Part shown: in pieces, positions 25,401-27,608 of the stretch
Numbering within the stretch: position 1 is the stretch's first letter
Layout of the letters: every line of letters starts with the position of its first letter
IMG/VR virus record: IMGVR_UViG_3300032281_000910
Location: 1-27,608 of that record
From: a virus
Lineage: Duplodnaviria; Caudoviricetes
Length of the DNA: 27,608 nt
Strand: one strand, 5' to 3'
The notes under the pieces: model-generated
Told to the model about the DNA's origin: nothing
Database searches by the model: none
Seen by the model: only the letters and a program-made list of their open reading frames with translations
Program-made: the position numbers and the translations under genes

Positions 25401-27608
25401 TATAGTAGAGCCTGTTATAAATTCAGTTGATGAAGTTATAGTTTGAGCAATAATTGTTTGAGCGGTTAAAGTACCTCTTACTAAGAAGTTATCTGCAGAA
25501 GATGCTGTTAGAGCAGTTGCGGCTTGAGCTGCTGTAAGAGAACTATCTGCACTAGTAGCAAAAGCTGAATATGATGCTGATGTTGCTCTAAGAGCATAAG
25601 AAGCTGAAGTTGAAGCTAAAGCATATGATGCACTAATAGCATTTCTAACATATGATGCTGTGGTAGCAAAAGATGCTGTAGTTGCTGCTACGGCATATGA
25701 AGCTGTAATTGCAAACGATGCTGATTCTACTGATCCTGAATTAGCAACTAGAGTAATATCGAAAGTTGTACTGTCACCTTTTGTGAAGGTAATAGTAGAT
25801 AAATTTGCTGATGCTGTAATAATATTTCTTAATGCTAAGCTAGCAGTAGTAGCATTAGATGAACTTACAGTACTTAAAACATATGATGCACTCGCAGCGT
25901 TTTTAATATATGATGCTGTTGTTGAATTAAAGGCATATGATGAACTAAGAGCATAAGAAGCAGTTAGTGCAAATGATGATGATTCTACTGATCCTGAATT
26001 TGCTACTAATGTAATGTCAAAGGTTGTATTGTCTCCTTTAGTAAAAGTGATTGTAGATAAGTTTGCAGAAGCGGTCATTATATTTTTTAATGCCATACTA
26101 GCTGTAGTAGCACTAGTTGCTGAACCTGCTGTTAAAGCAGATGATGCTAATGAAACTCTTCCTACAACATTACTTGCTGTTACATAAGATGCTGTTTGAG
26201 CAGTAATAGCGTTAACAGCGTTTGTAGCTGAAGAAGCTAAATCTGCTGTTTCTGATTTAAAAGCATATGATGAAGATAAAGCATAAGAAGCAGATGTTGA
26301 AGCTGCTGCATAAGAAGCACTTAATGCATATGAAGCCGAAGTAGCATATGATGCAGATAAAGCATAAGAAGCACTTACTGATGTTCCAGACCCTGGAGTA
26401 AAGGATGCTGTTAAAGCGTATGATGCTGAAGTTGAATTATTAGTATAAGATGCACTTGTAGCAAATGAAGCAGTACCTAATAAACTACCTGTTACACCAG
26501 CGGATATGTTTAAGCTACCAGTTACTGATGTATTTGAATTAATTGATACTTCAGTACCATTATCAGTAATATTAGAATCTATAATTGTATTATTACCTGT
26601 ACCTTTAGTTAATCTGTTTAATGAAGGAAATACTTCACTACCTTTAGATCCTGAAGCACCTGTTAATATACCTGATGAGGCACCTGATTCTTCAACTACA
26701 ATCCAATAATCATTATTACCATTCCATTCAAATGAAGCAGTTGATGCTGAACCAGTATCATAAACCATAATACCAGCAAATGGTTGAGCTGGACTATCTG
26801 CGTTTAAAATTATAAAGGAATCACCAATTATTACTGCTGAACCTGTTGTTGTTTTAGTATAAGCAAAAGACGCTGTACCCTGTACAACTAAATTATTTGT
26901 TATTAATATGTTTGAAGCTGTTATGTTTAAACCACTCGCAATTTCAGATGCAAATGAAGCTGATGTAGCATTTGCAGCATAAGCACCACTTGTAGATGTA
27001 TTAGCATACGATGATGTTAAAGCATAAGAAGCGGATATAGCATAAGAAGCAGTTTCAGCATATGATGCTGAAGTAGCGTTATTAGCATAAGATGATGTAA
27101 CAGGAACATTCAATGAGAACGAGGCTGTTGTAGCAAAAGATGAACTTAATGCTTGAGAAGCAGATACTGCAAAAGATGATGTTAAATTATTTACTACACT
27201 TCCAGATACATTTATTGAACCTGTTACTGTTAATCCTTTTGCAGTAATATTATCAGCATCTATATATTGGAAATAATCAACTGAATTAGTACTAGTTCCT
27301 GTAAGCGTAGAACCTGGTTTATCATAGATAGTATTAATAATTGAATAAATACCTGCAACACTAATAGGTGCAACATTATTTCCTGCCTGAACAAGAACTT
27401 GGCTATTAACCAAAGTTAAAGTTGTTGAAGCACCAGTAATAGTTATACCATTTCCACCTAAAGCTGTAACAACACAATCAACTATTGCTAAATTACCTGC
27501 ACTAGCTGAAGGTGTCACTACACTATTACATCCCTTTATGATAACTTGTGCTGAAGCATTGCTTACTGCTACTCCAACATTTTTATTACCGTTAATAATA
27601 GTAATGCC
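22440..27608 (-). CDS. Giant ASYA-repeat fibre/hub protein, 5'-truncated by the window edge (at least 1,722 aa)
   Basis: The ORF-track start at 27518 is an internal GTG; the frame stays open to 27608 (GITIINGNKNVGVAVSNASAQVIIKGCNSVVTP...). Contains dozens of (T/S)AS(Y/F)A repeats, GS repeats and several inserted globular domains. Confidence 0.85.
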   Translation of the reverse strand, partial: GITIINGNKNVGVAVSNASAQVIIKGCNSVVTPSASAGNLAIVDCVVTALGGNGITITGASTTLTLVNSQVLVQAGNNVAPISVAGIYSIINTIYDKPGSTLTGTSTNSVDYFQYIDADNITAKGLTVTGSINVSGSVVNNLTSSFAVSASQALSSSFATTASFSLNVPVTSSYANNATSASYAETASYAISASYALTSSYANTSTSGAYAANATSASFASEIASGLNITASNILITNNLVVQGTASFAYTKTTTGSAVIIGDSFIILNADSPAQPFAGIMVYDTGSASTASFEWNGNNDYWIVVEESGASSGILTGASGSKGSEVFPSLNRLTKGTGNNTIIDSNITDNGTEVSINSNTSVTGSLNISAGVTGSLLGTASFATSASYTNNSTSASYALTASFTPGSGTSVSASYALSASYATSASYALSASYAAASTSASYALSSSYAFKSETADLASSATNAVNAITAQTASYVTASNVVGRVSLASSALTAGSATSATTASMALKNIMTASANLSTITFTKGDNTTFDITLVANSGSVESSSFALTASYALSSSYAFNSTTASYIKNAASASYVLSTVSSSNATTASLALRNIITASANLSTITFTKGDSTTFDITLVANSGSVESASFAITASYAVAATTASFATTASYVRNAISASYALASTSASYALRATSASYSAFATSADSSLTAAQAATALTASSADNFLVRGTLTAQTIIAQTITSSTEFITGSTIFGSISSNTHEFTGSVSISGSLNAPEITGSLSGTASYATTASLALRNIITASANLSTITFTKGDSTTFDITLVSNSGSVESASFATSASYAITASYAATASYALTASYFSGSFTGSMNGTASYAETASYALTASYFSGSFTGSMNGTASYAETASYALTASYFSGSFSGSVIGSASYADTASYLKGHTINVNEIYPTSSNSANRIFIENSNAGFGPTGSIVIYTSAAPLVLSAGSGTEAVQITGSLALGQGGATGSFTGSFSGSLEGTASYALTASYLAGNISPFPYTGSAQITGSLGVTGSISIFSSASGVTIFDTDADILVLTGSFITTGSIIVTGSIIATNGITGSLFGTASYANESITASYALTASYVSGSGAAVSSSYAETASYAISASYAPGSGTSISASYAETASYAISSSYALSASQATISTYTSEWILGANGNLDYTFTGPGFTGSANDPAIYLVRGQQYKFTNTMGMHPFRIQTTVNGSAGTPYNNGVTNNDVSNGTLIFNVPMDVPEILYYQCTAHAVMGGPIYILDQSPASSSYAVSASYALNSTTASYVRNATTASYILNAVSASYVLNAVSASYVLNARSASYVQTATTASYVLNAVSSSYSNESITASYALTASFAMNGGGSGVSSSYAETASYAFTATTASYAMNAVVISGSNIILNQTASSATWSFNHGLGTQYPIFQIFDLNNEVIIPAVIKAVDTSSALIYFSTATVGTAVASLGGASSGSGGGGGAGFPYSGSAEITGSLAVTDKITSQIFINPQDITYNIDIPDYHNALIIGPVNVSSSITIGSGSNLLMLSDFSNLATTGSNTFNGSQTISGSLNVTSGITGSLSGTASYALTASYVSGSGASISASYAETASHADSGFTFADTLNKYATVASSITGSNNVFTESTGSYRSGFYKYTVYSGSNARTGEIMAVWNGGSVRYAETTTTDIGSTNIVTASIAISGSQAQFNINTNTSGWTVRSTVTYM
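24909..25110 (-). repeat. 81-nt (27-aa) tandem repeat, about 2.5 copies
   Basis: SFTGSMNGTASYAETASYALTASYFSG at 24909-24989 and 24990-25070, plus a partial third copy. Confidence 0.85.
25149..26090 (-). repeat. Three dispersed copies of a 41-aa module
   Basis: L(R/K)NI(I/M)TASANLSTITFTKGD(S/N)TTFDITLV(A/S)NSGSVES(A/S)SFA at 25149-25271, 25710-25832 and 25968-26090. Confidence 0.9.

Noticed and set aside
18877-26420. CRISPR-like or non-coding repeat array
   Set aside because: Repeats are in-frame multiples of 3, degenerate at third positions and lack unique spacers; they are protein repeats.
10548-26709. Plus-strand ORFs 10548, 12263, 15639, 18923, 20789, 21512, 21670, 25660, 26506, including the repetitive (K/E)LPV/EPV 195-aa ORF
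   Set aside because: Antisense mirrors of GS/ASYA-rich fibre genes. The repeat of 18923..19510 is simply the reverse complement of the TGS array.
27516-27518. ORF-track start of the 1,692-aa protein
   Set aside because: Internal GTG. The frame is open to the window end, so the true start lies outside.
1-27608. tRNA, intron, intein, homing endonuclease, integrase or reverse transcriptase
   Set aside because: No intergenic gap exceeds ~100 nt, the larger gaps are explained by terminators and promoter motifs, and no such protein motifs were seen.

Overview
AT-rich fragment of a large contractile-tailed (myovirus-type) dsDNA phage genome. All credible genes lie on the minus strand. In transcription order (right to left) the window holds: a >1,720-aa Ser/Ala/Thr-rich fibre/hub protein truncated by the window edge; a DUF1566 C-type-lectin protein whose 3' end looks like a diversity-generating retroelement (DGR) variable region; several fibre/receptor-binding genes with small partner genes (one thioredoxin-like); a 1,865-aa virion protein; four small genes; then the core tail module. 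That module runs sheath, tube, a chaperone pair apparently joined by a +1/-2 frameshift on a U7 run, tape measure, tube-like initiator, LysM-like protein and a probable baseplate hub that runs off the left edge. An ATATTTAT motif (sense strand) occupies every intergenic gap of 28 nt or more. SD-less, A-rich leaders suggest a Bacteroidota host. Highlights are the frameshift, the orphan DGR target, a possible branched plug-and-socket fibre system built from shared modules, a cupredoxin-like Cu site inside a fibre protein, and a GGAAAGUGAA-loop leader hairpin. Family assignments come from motif recognition, not database searches.
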